This document shows positions 1-12,636 of a stretch of DNA of 64,000 nt, piece by piece (within the stretch, counting starts at the first letter, position 1; each line of letters opens with the position of its first letter). Under the pieces are notes generated by a model. It was not told the origin of the DNA. It ran no database searches and was given only the letters and a program-made list of their open reading frames with translations. The stretch lies in the NCBI RefSeq assembly GCF_964204645.1, contig NC_134028.1, positions 4,836,001 to 4,900,000 on the forward strand. Direction: 5' to 3'. Made by a program: the position numbers and the translations under genes. Source of the DNA: Tubulanus polymorphus. Lineage: Eukaryota > Animalia > Nemertea.

Positions 1-385
1 AAAGACCAACAATAAAATTGATAAATTATAAACCTATGTTGTTCGAGTGGCGTAACCGTAAAGTGTAGAAAAATTATTTTTATAAAGACGCCTAGTGCGC
101 ACTATTTCGTGCTCAAGTTTGTGTATTAGTTATGATGGTCTGAGCTGGCACATATCAGGTGTGTGGGACCTTTACTTTCAGATGTCATAATTCTGCAGAG
201 TGATAACTATAGCTGTTATGTTTTTTGACGTGTCAAAATGATGTAAACAAAACTGGGAAAACAGCAGATTGCGGGTGCTGTGGCGGCCCGGTGACGGTGT
301 ATCCGGTAATAACCCCATGTAACTGATTGATAACGCACAATATGAGCAGTTTATATTACAGCAGGGTGAGATCTGTTGATCTGGA

Positions 386-2376
386 ATGTTATTCAGCACT
401 CGTCGCTGTAAGAAGAGAATGTATGCTGCAGGAATTGCTGTGTTAACGATCTGTCTTTTACTGACGTTTCGTAATTTTGTCGCCGAGAATCTGAAAAGCG
501 ATGATCACGACAGGAACCTAGCGTTCGGAGCCGGTTCGATTAGAACTGAGCAACTCGTGGCGAACGTCGCTAATTTAACGAACATGTCAGTCCGCTCTGA
601 TATCCCTATAATAGTGTGGTGGACTCCGCGTTTGTATCTACGCCCGGATTTAGATCTGACGGAATGTAAGAACGGACACGCGTGTTATCTATCGGCTAAT
701 CGTAAACACATGTCGAATCCGATGACTAGAGGGTTAATATTTTACGGTACAGATATCGAGCCCGGCGACCTGCCCTCCCCACGGGTACCTCATCGCGAGT
801 GGGCTCTATTCCACGAGGAATCTCCGATGAATATCCAACTCCTTCAACACTGTCGATTCTTCCGACTGTTCAACCATACGGCGACTTTCAAACGCGAATC
901 GGACTTTCCTCTGACGACTCAGAGTATAATCAACCTAGCGTACCTCGTCGAGCGTAAACCGGTTTCAATCGCGGAGAAAAACTCGTACCGTAAACGTGGT
1001 TACGCTCCTGTGTTATACGTTCAGTCTCATTGTAATGTCGCGTCCTATCGGGATATTTACGTGAAGGAATTGATGAAACATTTAGAGGTTGATTCTTACG
1101 GAAGTTGTCTGAATAATAAACAGTTTGAATCGACGGATTTAGATGACGCGGTCGAGAGTATGAACGCTCCGAAGTTTCTAGATCTGATCTCGAGGTATAA
1201 ATTCCACCTGGCTTTCGAGAATGCTCTCTGCGACGATTACATGACCGAGAAACTGTTCCGAGTGATTCACGTCGGGTCGGTCCCGGTTTACCGCGGCTCC
1301 CCGCGTGCCCCGGACTGGATGCCCGATAATAAAACTATAATCATGGTCGATAATTTTACGACTCCTTTAGAATTAGCGAATTATATCAAATATTTAGACG
1401 CAAACGATGACGAATACGAATCTTATCTGAATTATCGTAAACCGAAAGGAATCACGAATCAATTTCTTCGCCAACAGATTCACGACCGCGAATGGGGTTG
1501 TAATGATTTATACATGCCGAATTTCATCGAAGCGTTCGAGTGTCACGTGTGCGAGAAAATATCGGAGCGTTACAAACACGAAACGGCGCGTCGATCGGAT
1601 CCGAGTCTCGAACCGTTGCCTCCGAAGATCGCTCACGTTGATCAGATGAGGTGCCCTGTTCCTCATAAACCATTCGGGATTCTAGATGACAATAAAAACA
1701 ATGACAGGTAAAGAGAAGAGCAGGGTTTGAGGGGAAAGAGGATGGTTAGAATAGAGATATTGGGGGGTTACAGTTAATTAACAAAATTTAGTGTACAATG
1801 AAACTGGTTTTGATGATTTACTTAAGAATTCAAAATACAAATTGGGATTAGAATTACGGGTATGTGAAGAGGTGACGAAGTCCTACAATAGAATTTCAAT
1901 CGGATAAATTTTATTGGAATGAAACCGCAATGTAGTTGGTAGTTGGTAGTTGACTAACAGCCATCAGGTGGAATGACCAGTAACAAAGCATATAAACTCA
2001 CAGAACGATTAGTTTATGTGTCTGAACAGAAGATATAAACAGAACTAGTAATAAAAACAAAGTATATCTGTAGGGTCAACGTCGCTTCAGTACTGTGATG
2101 ACTTATCCAGGTAATAAGCGAGTTTGGACTGACATGTATAGTTTAGGGACTTTGAATCTTGAAAGTAGGAATTCTAAGATCGTAATCACGTATCTTGTTA
2201 TTTAGCCATTGACATCTTTTGTATATTTCAGGAACGAAATAGATTGGAAGGAAGATTTCTGGTCCGGAATGGACCGAGCTAAAGCTGTTGATCGTATGTT
2301 AAAAGATGGCGTATCAGGTAGTGATACATTCATGAAATATTGGGACGACGTCGTACGAGAAATAAACCGAGATTGA
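386..2376 (+). CDS. FUT11: Alpha-1,3-fucosyltransferase 11-like / protein O-fucosyltransferase 4 (GT10), about 488 aa; join(386..1707,2232..2376)
   Basis: N-terminal TM segment followed by FUT10/11 motifs WALFHEESPMN, FNHTATFKRESDFPL, YVQSHC...VDSYGSCLNN and YKFHLAFENALCDDYMTEKL (FHL, YMTEK and DWMP favour FUT11). Donor AG|GTAAAG at 1707/1708 and acceptor TTTCAG| at 2231 are both phase 2. Exon 2 reads NEIDWKEDFWSGMDRAKAVDRMLKDGVSGSDTFMKYWDDVVREINRD*, resembling the FUT11 C-terminus. A possible upstream acceptor (TTTCAG at 176-181) suggests 5'UTR exon(s). Confidence 0.9.
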
Positions 2377-2476
2377 CAACATTTTAATTGATAGATGAAA
2401 ATATTATATTTTGATATTATTTATTATAATGAATGATAGGATGAATGTTTGTTGGTTGTACCACCGCATTGAAGTA

Positions 2477-2929
2477 CAGTAGACTCTACTCAAGTCGGAC
2501 CTTTTAGGACCGCCAACAGACTGATGGTTTATCGAAGTTAATGTTATCCATTCCATTTTAACCCTTTCAGTGCTGACTTATTAATACCCTAAAGTGCTGG
2601 AGATAATTTGAAAAATTCTTTAAAATTCCACGCTAGTGTGTTGAATAACGGGAATACCACCATAGTGCGTCTATACCTGGCGCGGTATATCGTTATTCAC
2701 TAATATTTTACTATGTTTGACAGGTGCTGCCATCTTTCAAGAGAGATAATTAGTAATTACTAATTAAATCAATACACCGCAGTGCAGTGTACTAGCAAAA
2801 TCCATCACCGATTCGTACACCGCACTGCGGTGTAGACGCACTGAAAGGGTTAACAGTCACAAAACTATTTCAACCAACACCCGAGTTATCTTCTGAAATC
2901 ATCAGATTAGACTTGAGTGCAGTCTGCTG
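2477..2929. mobile_element. Tc1/mariner-like MITE (TA target duplication), interrupted by a nested piggyBac-like MITE
   Basis: Left end TA|CAGTAGACTCTACTCAAGTC and right end GACTTGAGTGCAGTCTGCTG|TA match as inverted repeats at 17/20 and are flanked by TA on both sides. Confidence 0.7.
2562..2849. mobile_element. piggyBac-like MITE (288 bp, TTAA target duplication)
   Basis: TTAA|CCCTTTCAGTGC ... GCACTGAAAGGG|TTAA: perfect 12-bp TIR starting CCC, with TTAA at 2558-2561 and 2850-2853. Sub-terminal palindromes TACACCGCA(G/C)TGC(A/G)GTGTA lie near the right end. Confidence 0.85.
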
Positions 2930-5900
2930 TATGTTTTATTCAAATCTTTAGGGGGGAGACATTTTTATCTCTGATGTACAATCCATTATTTTCCTAGATC
3001 TGTAAAGTTGATGTGTTAAGGTATATTTATTTATTTATCTCAGGCGTTTATAAATAGTGAACTGATTTGTTTTTAGTAAATATTGCTCCTTCCTAAGATC
3101 TACCCATCGTTTCAGTTGAAAAGCAATCAATTGTAAACATTAAATCAAAGTGAGAAATGAGATTAAAGTTAAAAGTGAATATGAGCTCGTTCTATCCTGG
3201 GGTTGTTTTGATTGATCTACGTATGAAATGTTAACTGAAACAGGTTCAAGTCTGCAATTCTCAATCTATGATATTGTGATGATATAGTCATTTGATACTT
3301 AAGTCTTTAAATGCCATGGTTTCAGTCAGTATTATACATATATAAAGATAATAAAGACTATTAACTGTTGATAAAAATTAGTATTTGATTGAATCAAAGG
3401 CTTTTGTTTTTACGCCTCTTTCTGGTTTGGTGTTTTGGCGCTTATACAAGGAATCCTTATCCATCGTCCCGATCGAAATGAAAAATGCGATAATTGCGAC
3501 TTTATCTCCATCGCTTGCAATGACGCGTCTTTGACTGCAGTATATGGTACTAGTCTCCGCACTGACCACATAAACTTCCAAACTATGCCAGTCACTATCG
3601 TTCAATGTGATCTACTGGTTAACTAATAAGGCGACACTTTTGATCCATATTTGTTTTTATGGAAAGATTTTATTCATTTTTATTGAAAGACTTTTTAATT
3701 TTTTTTATATAAAGGAACTTCTTCGAGAGAACTCCGTGATAACATCTTCGAAACATTCATCTACGTAATATGTACATGATTCAGAATGGATTTCTAAAGT
3801 ATTTTTCGGAGTTTTCGTCGGAAAACACGAGAATTTTCTATCGTTTTTCTGTATGATCGTGTAAGTGAAAGTGTCGTCGGTCGTTTCCTTCGAAAAATTA
3901 ATAGACATCATCGTTGTTAGAAACGGGGAAGAGTTTCACATGTCGATGTCGGAAACAAACACTTCTTATCGATTCCACGTAAAAACTCATGCATGCTTTA
4001 TTAGTACACCATCAACTCGAGTTGACAATTTAGCAAACAACACAAGTTGCAGAGAATAAAAATGGCACACACACACAACATCGACTGTTTCGTAGGGGAC
4101 GCGCGCAAACTACTTAAGTTTCGCCATCAGGATTCCTTTAATTCCCAAACCATCACAATCAGCTCATCAGTTATTTCGCTGTGCGCATCAATCGAACTGG
4201 TTTTTGCCGTTAAAATAATTACGCGAGCGACAAGATTCCGTTATCAATTAGACAAATGGGAATTCAAAAGCGTACTACAACCGCGCGGAAAACTGGTGGC
4301 TTGTGGTGTTATCACGTATGCCGGTTTATACTTTTTAACTCGCGCTATTCTGCGCTGGGAGATAATTTTGTGTAAATTTATTTCTAGATAACGTAGCAGT
4401 TTGCGTATAATTTCCCTAAACGCGAAATATTGTGTATTCCGTGTATGTTCATATACTCGACGCAATACTTGATTTCCAGACTATTTGTAATTTGTTACTC
4501 AATTTAAAAAACAACTGTATTTCGCGTGCTAATTGAAATTACACAGCGTGTCTCAGTGGGAAGAGAATGTCACTAGGATGGGTCGACTATAAATAACAGT
4601 ATTTTCCTCGGGGCTCCGCGCATTTCTGGAAACTACAGCTAGCTCGTCGTCTTAACGCCGATGAACATAAAGGAAAAACAACAATTTTGTAAAAATAGAC
4701 CGATTTTTATTTCAACAGGAATCGTCGCACAAAATAATTATCCTTCATTAAGATCTGGTAGTTTTTATATAGTATTTACAATCTATGTATACAGTCGCTG
4801 ATAGGAATAAACGGCTAGACATGTACGTCTCTCGAAAGTTCAAACATCCTTCATTAGTTTTAAAAGATATTCTAATAAAATCACGGATTTTAACGAAAAC
4901 ACAACAGTGAAGATTCAATGGGATTTTGAGGTGCAGGTTGCCGTGACCGGATGAACGGTAGCTTGGCAATCATTTCCTCGCCGCAGTCCGTATACTGCAA
5001 TGATAGTAAACTGAGTTCTGTATATGGTAAAGTGTTACAGCTGGGAATTATGAATTGAATTCATTCGATATTCAATTTCATCTTCAGCTCAAGTGAACTA
5101 ATGGAATGCAATGAATCTTTCTCAGTAGCAGGAAGGAAATACCGAATCAACTTTCTACAATTTCCACTCATAAAAGTCAGACATGAGAAACTGTTTTACA
5201 CTTGACCTTTGTAAACCGGTGCGATCACTCTTATTTGCGCAATGCCAATCCCCCGGATGTCTCGGCAGAAATCTAATGAGGAATTGGTCAAGTTTTATCG
5301 CTAGACGAGCCACGTAAAGCTTCGTTCATAATCCATGACCAGCAATAACTGTCAAATCATGAAGGCTTATTGCAGCCCTGCTGTAGACGTTACTGGCCGT
5401 GGTTTCAGCAAGGTTCCAATAATAGACGGAGTTTAGTTATCATCAACGAATAGGAAAACAATAATCGTCTGTCAAATTTGCTCGGCTTAACCTCAAACTG
5501 TAGAATTGGTTGTTGGAATGCTGTATGTTTTCCGTCAATACTATATACATCTTTTCAATCACTTCAAATGTTGAGATGTCAGTTGTATTTTCAACTCGTT
5601 CGGACAAAGTATTTATTATGAATACTAACATTGTTAAAAACACTCATATCATAATCAACGTCGCTTTAAAAAGCTTTTTCTGTACAAGTTTATTTTCATT
5701 TTGAGAACACCCCCTTCCCTTGTCCTGATATCAATCGAGCGATAGAAAATCAAGATCAATTCTGTACATATAAATTAATTCTTATTTACAAAATTGGCGA
5801 CACCTTTTATCTTAAAAGTGAAACATTTAGATGAAATTTACATATATATATTTATGATGTTGAGATGGACTATCATTATACGCAGCAATAGGAAAGTTCC

Positions 5901-6897
5901 TAAACGTTCATGTATAAGACCTCGTTATATTTCAAATTGCTATCGACAGCAAGCATTGAAATCGAATAAACTGAATTTTCCCAATCAGATCTCTCCCCCG
6001 GTTTTAAATCGTGTTAATATCGATTCGAATTCATGAAATTTCCAGCGCGTTTCTGGTTCGCCGAGCGTCACAAATATCCGTATTTAATACGTAATGACAC
6101 CCACGAAATGACTGCAATTCACCAACCGAGAAGGAGAAGAAGAAGGATGACGCGACATGTATATTTTGATTTCTAGATTTCCGACGACCTACCACGGCTT
6201 ACACAACACACGCCAGTTTTAATATTGAGTTATGCATCGTGTAAACGAGATCGCAAAACTGCGCCACAATTCGTCTGAGATTTTATTCACGAATACTGGC
6301 GCAGACGATTTTCAAAACAAATCTAATAATCTCCGCAGTTATAAACTCGATAAAAAGATGTTTCGATTCTCAGTGCGATAAAGCGAACGAAGGTACGCGT
6401 AGATTTCTGTTAACAGCAGTTACAGTTTATCCCCTGAAATATTTGAGGGTTTTACTCGGGACATATAAAAAACGTCTTCAATATACCCAATACCCTGACA
6501 AGATACCCTTTCCAGAAAAAAATGCTACGTAGCTCTATAAAATCCCTCCGTGATATCAGCGATTACTTATTCTCTTTCAAATATATGATATTTGAATCTA
6601 TGGTTTTAGCCATGCTTTTCGGCAAAGTAAATTTCGATTCACCGCAAGCAAACAGTTTTTCAAACACATTCCTTATTAACTGGTAAAAATCATTTTTGAG
6701 CTACAGGAGTCAGAAATTTCGAACTAAAACTAACCTAATTTCAAGTTACATTATTCATGATAATGAATGTACACAAAAAAGCCTAAAACCTATTTCATGG
6801 CTAAAAGAATTTGAAATGAAAATAAAATTAAGAATCTCTTAAAAACAGCGCAGTCCAGCATCTTAAAAACTAAAAGCAACCATAATTATTTAGAAAG

Positions 6898-8512
6898 CTA
6901 CAACTTGGGTGATTTTGGAGTGCTTTTTTGAAGGCTTTTATGTACATTAATTTCGTCTTTGAACGCTAGAACACCTAAATGTTCGTGCGACGCTTCGTTC
7001 AATGCTTTTGATCGAATACACGATTTGTATTGTTCGGAAGATAGATTCGGATCGCACACTTTCTCATGCCACATGTGAAATACTCCCGGATCCGTGGCGC
7101 GTACTACCATGTAATTATTCTTCACGTATTTACGATACAGCAAAACATCCTCGATTCCCCAACCAGTGATTTTCTCTTCGAATCCGCCGACTTTGAGGAA
7201 ATCGGAGCGATACTGACAAGTCATTCCGTAACCGAAATCTCTCCAGAATCCGGTCGTTTTAGATATCACTAATTGCTTTTCTGGAGAAGGTATGACTAGT
7301 TCTTGTAACGAATAGACAACTTTCGGATTGTATAAACTAAACACAATCGGGTAATAAACTTTAGTTTCGCGTTCAGCATTCAGACGACATCTCTCGAGAA
7401 AATCGGTCGTGAATATGATGTCAACATCGCAAAGAAATATCAGCACGTCATCTCCTTGAGTCCACGCCTGAGCGCCGGCCTGTAGACCGCGACCGCGAGA
7501 GAACGTCTCGTTTAGAGTTAATAACGTAATGCGCTCAAATTGATATTTGTCTCGGACCGATTTGATCAAGTTTAACACTTTATCGTGGCTGTCGTCCAGG
7601 AAATAGACGACAGTCAAATGTACGCGTTTATCGACTTTGACGCAAATTCGCACGAAATACTCCATAAACTGCTGGAATGTGGCAAATCTTCCCGATAAAG
7701 GAAGTATTATATTAATCAACTCTTTCTCTGTATTAACGACAACATTCTTGACCATTTGTATCGGCGCGAATGGCCTCGTGAACACGACCTTCCTGTAAGC
7801 CGTCGAAGTCGGATTATCAACATCGCGGAAATAGAAGTAATAATGAGTTCCCATCGATGGCTCCGTTCGATAGATTCCCTCCACGAAATTATCAGCGCTG
7901 TATCTTCTATCTTTCGGTCGGTTTTCGTTGAGAATCTGCAACGCTTGAAGCAACACTTCGTTCAGGTCTTTTTTACGGTAGCCGATCGGGCGTTCGACGA
8001 CGCGTTTTCCCAAACCGGGATGAGACAGGTAGATACGATTTAGAGTAAATCGATCGAATGGAATGATGTCGTATTCGGTTTTTAACGGGACTCCGTGCAG
8101 AATTTCTGAATCGGTGATCTTTTGAGATATGAATTTCAGAACTGTGTTTCCGACATTATTGCCCGCGTTGTTGTCTGATTTATCGTTCTCGTCACCGGTC
8201 TCATCGTCTGCGTTTTTAACGGCGCGAGATATTTTTCCGATGTGTCCAAATTTCAGTCCTTTTTCGAGATTTTCGATTTGTGTTTTCAGTTTCGCGATTT
8301 CTGTACGATGCGACTGGTCCTGAACGGCCAACAAGCGTAGATAATGTTCCTTCATCGGATGCCCGGGGACGCTTCCGCCATTTTGATCGGTAGTTCGCTC
8401 GACCTCGTGGGCGCATCTTGAGATAAACAGTAGTGAAACTCCGAACACGCAGAGCAGTAGGAAAATAACACGTGGTATAGCTTTCATCATGTTCGGAAAA
8501 CCTTTAATCATT
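6898..8512 (-). CDS. CSGALNACT: Chondroitin sulfate N-acetylgalactosaminyltransferase (CSGALNACT1/2-like), main coding exon
   Basis: 537-aa ORF with type II TM segment, coiled-coil stem and motifs FSRGRGL, DxD (LCDVDI), VYYPIVFSLYNP, GFWRDFGYGMTCQYRSDF, GWGIEDV and FHMWHEKVCDPNL..EQY..C..SKA.NEASH..LG. The minus-strand acceptor TATTTTCAG lies 1 nt upstream of the ATG at 8511. Confidence 0.93.
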
Positions 8513-9082
8513 CTGAAAATACAGATTACAGAAACAATAAGAATTTTACAGTTGAAAGTTGCCTTGAAAATTAGTATATTTTCGTTAATTTTGACTTAAT
8601 TCGTGATTTTGGAATTGGGTGTATTGTACGTGTACATCTCATATGAAATATAATCGTGCATGAAAGAATTCTAAATCTGTGAGTTGATCATGAAAAAAAA
8701 CTGCTCTTACAATCAGAAATATCAAAATATTTCCACTAGGATAATTGATATTGAACACGATTAGTCGATTGTATGAAGTAATATTGCTCTGCAAAAGAAA
8801 ATTGAGTTGAAATGAAATGAAAATAAGCGCGGAGAATAGAGGAGAAATTTGTACCGTATGGTATAAGTGTATGTATATAGCGTGATAAAGGGTCGCAATG
8901 AACAGTATTTTGTGAGAAAATAAACAGATGGTTCATTTCTGATTAAAACACTCTGTAAGCAGACGATTTACTGATAAGAACAACATGTAAAATGCACAAC
9001 CGGCAATTGAACGCTGTAAATCCCTTATTAGGAAACATCGTCGCAGTGACGCAGAGGTCACGACTCGAGTGCAAAATATAGG

Positions 9083-9403
9083 CTTAGACCTCGAGATTCA
9101 AGGTTTAACTCTGCCCCTGCACTACTCGCCCTTAAACCTCGAGATCTAAGGTTTAACTCTGCCCCTGCACTATACCCCTTAAGCCTCGAGATCTAAGGTT
9201 TAACTCTGCTCCTGCACTACCCTTAAACCTCGAGATCCAAGGTTTAACTCTGCCCCTGCACTACTCGCCCTTAAACCTCGAGATCTAAGGTTTAACTCTG
9301 CCCCTGCACTACCCCTTGAACATCGGGATCTAAGGTTTAACTCTGCTCCTGCACTACCCTTAAACATCGGGATCCAAGGTTTTAAGTCTGCCCCTGCGCT
9401 ATA
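9083..9403. repeat. Minisatellite of 7 copies of a 44-48 bp unit containing an internal palindrome
   Basis: Unit is approximately CTTAAACCTCGAGATCTAAGGTTTAACTCTGCCCCTGCACTAC(TCG)CC. Copies start at about 9083, 9131, 9178, 9222, 9270, 9315 and 9359. Confidence 0.95.
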
Positions 9404-10120
9404 CCATTCAGTGAGTGATATCATACTGAAGTCTGATAAATTTCATTATTATGAAATTCATCAATTGATGCAAATTTATATTCGTCATGATGAATTGAGC
9501 CATTATATTAGTGAACTCCAGTAAAACTCTCGACAATACGATGTTAATTTGTTCCTCTGGTTACAATTAAACGAACTCATCAATATAAGTGCCAATATAA
9601 CGAACTGAGAATCCGTAGGGACCAGGAGCGCATCGTTCGTTAATAGTTGCATGCACCGCAGTCCATCCATTTTGATCAGAAAATTCAAAGCTCGGAGTTT
9701 GAAACCATTTAACAGCTATTCATTTGTACCACGAGGGAATCGCTTTTCATGATTGCAGCAACAGCATAACAATTTAATACTGATCCGTGACGTCGATCCA
9801 GGGCTATAGTGGTACAACTTGATGCGCCGTGAAATGTTCCGCCCGATCGAATGGTGGCTTATCATCACATCATGACAACCAGCAATTTGGTACGGAAACT
9901 GATGTGTGTATATTTATAGTTGGCCTGTATATGCTGTTGGGGATGAATGTGAGATTGGGGAATTTCAATGAAATCCTTCATGAGATCAGATATAGTTTCA
10001 GATCACTGCACAAACTGACAAACTCATTTTGATCTGATAATCTATTTCTAACTCTGAACTGTTGCACACACTCAGAGGGCTGCAGAGGTTGTCACGGTTC
10101 GACACTTTCCGTCTCGAGAT

Positions 10121-10207
10121 CTGGACCCAGTTCGACGGTTTTGAGATAACATTTGGGTTAAGATCCTGAAAATGAACCGATTTTAACTTAACCGAGTTGA
10201 ACAACTG
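10121..10207. mobile_element. Degenerate copy of a short PIF/Harbinger-like MITE family (shared with 35132 and 54382)
   Basis: Starts CTGGACCCAGTTC, ends ACAACTGG, and carries the core TGAAAATGAACCGATTTTAACT also found at 35174 and 54435. Confidence 0.55.
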
Positions 10208-12500
10208 GCGACCACTGATAGCTAAACTGGACGTCTATACCCATTAAAGCAATGTTATGTTGACAAACATGACTGATGCTTGATTCAGCGAGAGAATACC
10301 CATTGCTATGGGAAATTCTTTTGGCACGTATCATGTTGGCAGTAAAAATTCGGAGATAGAAATAATTGGAATATGAAAATGATGAGTATTTTTAATAGAA
10401 CTTACATAACGGAGGCTAATGAAATATGAATAATCTACACGTACTCCGAGTGAGATGATGGGTTCATTAGTACTGAAAATTGTGGAACAGACGACAGCAG
10501 CTGTGATTGTGTAACATACCGGGAATAAACCGCAACTCACAGACAAATTACACCGGCACAAAAATCTTAACTTGCCGCAGACAAAATTCTACATTCCTAC
10601 AGGTTATGAATATGCGTCATAGCTTATTATATATTTTTTCCCATCATTTGAATTCGATTCAACACAATTTTCAATATGTTTCATTCCTTTTCTGTATTTA
10701 ATGAAATGCTCGAATGATAAAGAAATTCATATGTTTCCCTGTTCCCTTCCACTTTACATTACAATGCCTATAATGGCATGATGTGCCATCGAAAATCTGT
10801 CTGTCGAATTCTCGTGCGTACAACATTTTTAAAATGGTCTGTCTAAAGGAAGAGTCTGTGGATTGACCAGAAAAATCTTTGTACAGATTTTCCTGCCTCA
10901 GTGTTGTTTAAACGACTGCGATGTCGCACACAATTTAAGGTGCTTTCCCTGCATATAGCTGAATGATCTAAAACCTTTTTCTAAGCGCTTTTTGCTAAAA
11001 CGTTACTGAAAGAGAACATCACGGAACAAGACTAGAGACACAAAGTGGACTCCCATCATAAACGTCATGTTATGAAAAACATTCTTATTGACAACTAACA
11101 TTCGGTTGGACTTTCTCCAAGACTACGGATGAAAGGAGATGACTGATGTAGATTCTTTTCAGAAAGAGAGAAACGAGGAATCTAAAGAAGTCGAGCTCTA
11201 ATTTGTTGTATTTTGGAATCTTGAGCTGAAAAGATGTAAAACGTAATTCTGATTTAAAAGCGCGCGATCGGGACCCAAAATAGAAACAATAAATAGAAAC
11301 GGAAATTTGGACACTTTAGATAAGCATAAAACATGAACTATCGACCTTTCAGTTGAGCGCGTTTGTACCGGAAGGATATTTAGACAATACCAACAAGCGA
11401 CCATAAAAATGTATCACATGAAATCAAGAAACACCTGAAAATGATGAAATTCAGCATAACACTTCGAAAAACAATTCACAAATCATAACCACAGGGGACA
11501 TTTTAAGATGTATCTGTTATTTGTATGGAGAATAATGTAAAACCATGGAAATAATTGGTCAACAGTTACAGACTCTACTTTGCAGTATTATGATGACAAT
11601 ACGAGCTGTAATAGAGAGATCTTCTGAGATGTAACCACAGGTGACAAAAACCAGTTTCAATCATAATTTCTCCCTGAAACCACTTTTCGCTATTTTCCGA
11701 TGAATACGCGCCGTGATTACGTGTAAGATTCCAGCCGGGTTTGCCGTGTTTCCCAAACGAATTGAATTACCGTTGATTACGAATGATTACATACGATCTG
11801 GAGTTAGTTATCACGCACACACCCAGTCACATCATCAGATCGTGTCTGCCGATTACAAACAACTGTTGCCGTCAACGATAACGACAAGGAATCCATAGAT
11901 GAGAAACGAACTATATTTGCAAGGGAAGCATTATGAATATACAGTGCGATGATTAAGGCAAAATTACTGATACCTTATAACTGTTGTACAGGTAGAATCC
12001 AACAGTACCCTGGATATGATTAAACATAACCCCCACAAACATCATCTATACATCATCTATACATGACACCGACCGATAAAACAGAATAATACCTCTACAG
12101 CTGTTTGCCCCCAATCTGTTACGGGTTATAGATTTTAAATATGAAATTTATTAGCGCTGTCTGATGATGTAATCGCAGTTATTTCAAAGTTAATGAATTT
12201 ATCCACAGTTTATTCTTCTAACGACGTTTCGATGTTTTAACTGAACCTGATCGTCATAGAAACGAAAAAACACCGAGATGCAAGAAAAATAAATTCATCA
12301 TAGCGCTGTTTGAAACAGTTTGAAACTATGACGCTTGTTGGGGGTTAAGGGAGTTATGTCCAGACTCAAATAGAAATATTTGCTTCTCCCGATTTAGAAT
12401 ATTCTGGTTATGGTCTCCAATTATTTCTTTTGAAGATTTCTTCTAGCACGCCAACGATAAAAAATAATCCTAATAGGAACTCACCAAGAAACCTGGAGTT

Positions 12501-12636
12501 CTGGTTCCAGTTTCGAGAAAAAAAAGCTAAGATTATATCTTTGGTTTAATTACTATTAATCACTTCATGTTTTCAGGGGAAAACAATTCAATCTCAACCA
12601 TATCAAGCTAAAACTTTTTCATGAATCTGGACGCTG
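12501..12636. mobile_element. Degenerate MITE-like element
   Basis: Imperfect inverted ends CTGGTTCCAGTTTCGAGAAAAA..AGCT and AGCTAAAACTTTTTCATGAATCTGGAC. Confidence 0.4.

Noticed and set aside
7066-8416. Small ORFs overlapping CSGALNACT (7066, 7756, 8129, 8216)
   Set aside because: These are antisense or alternate-frame shadows of a real CDS with no recognisable domains.
9083-9403. CRISPR-like array of palindromic repeats
   Set aside because: Units are head-to-tail with no unique spacers, no cas genes are present, and the context is a eukaryotic intron.
9200-9424. 74-aa repetitive ORF (SAGAELNLRS)
   Set aside because: It is a by-product of translating the minisatellite.
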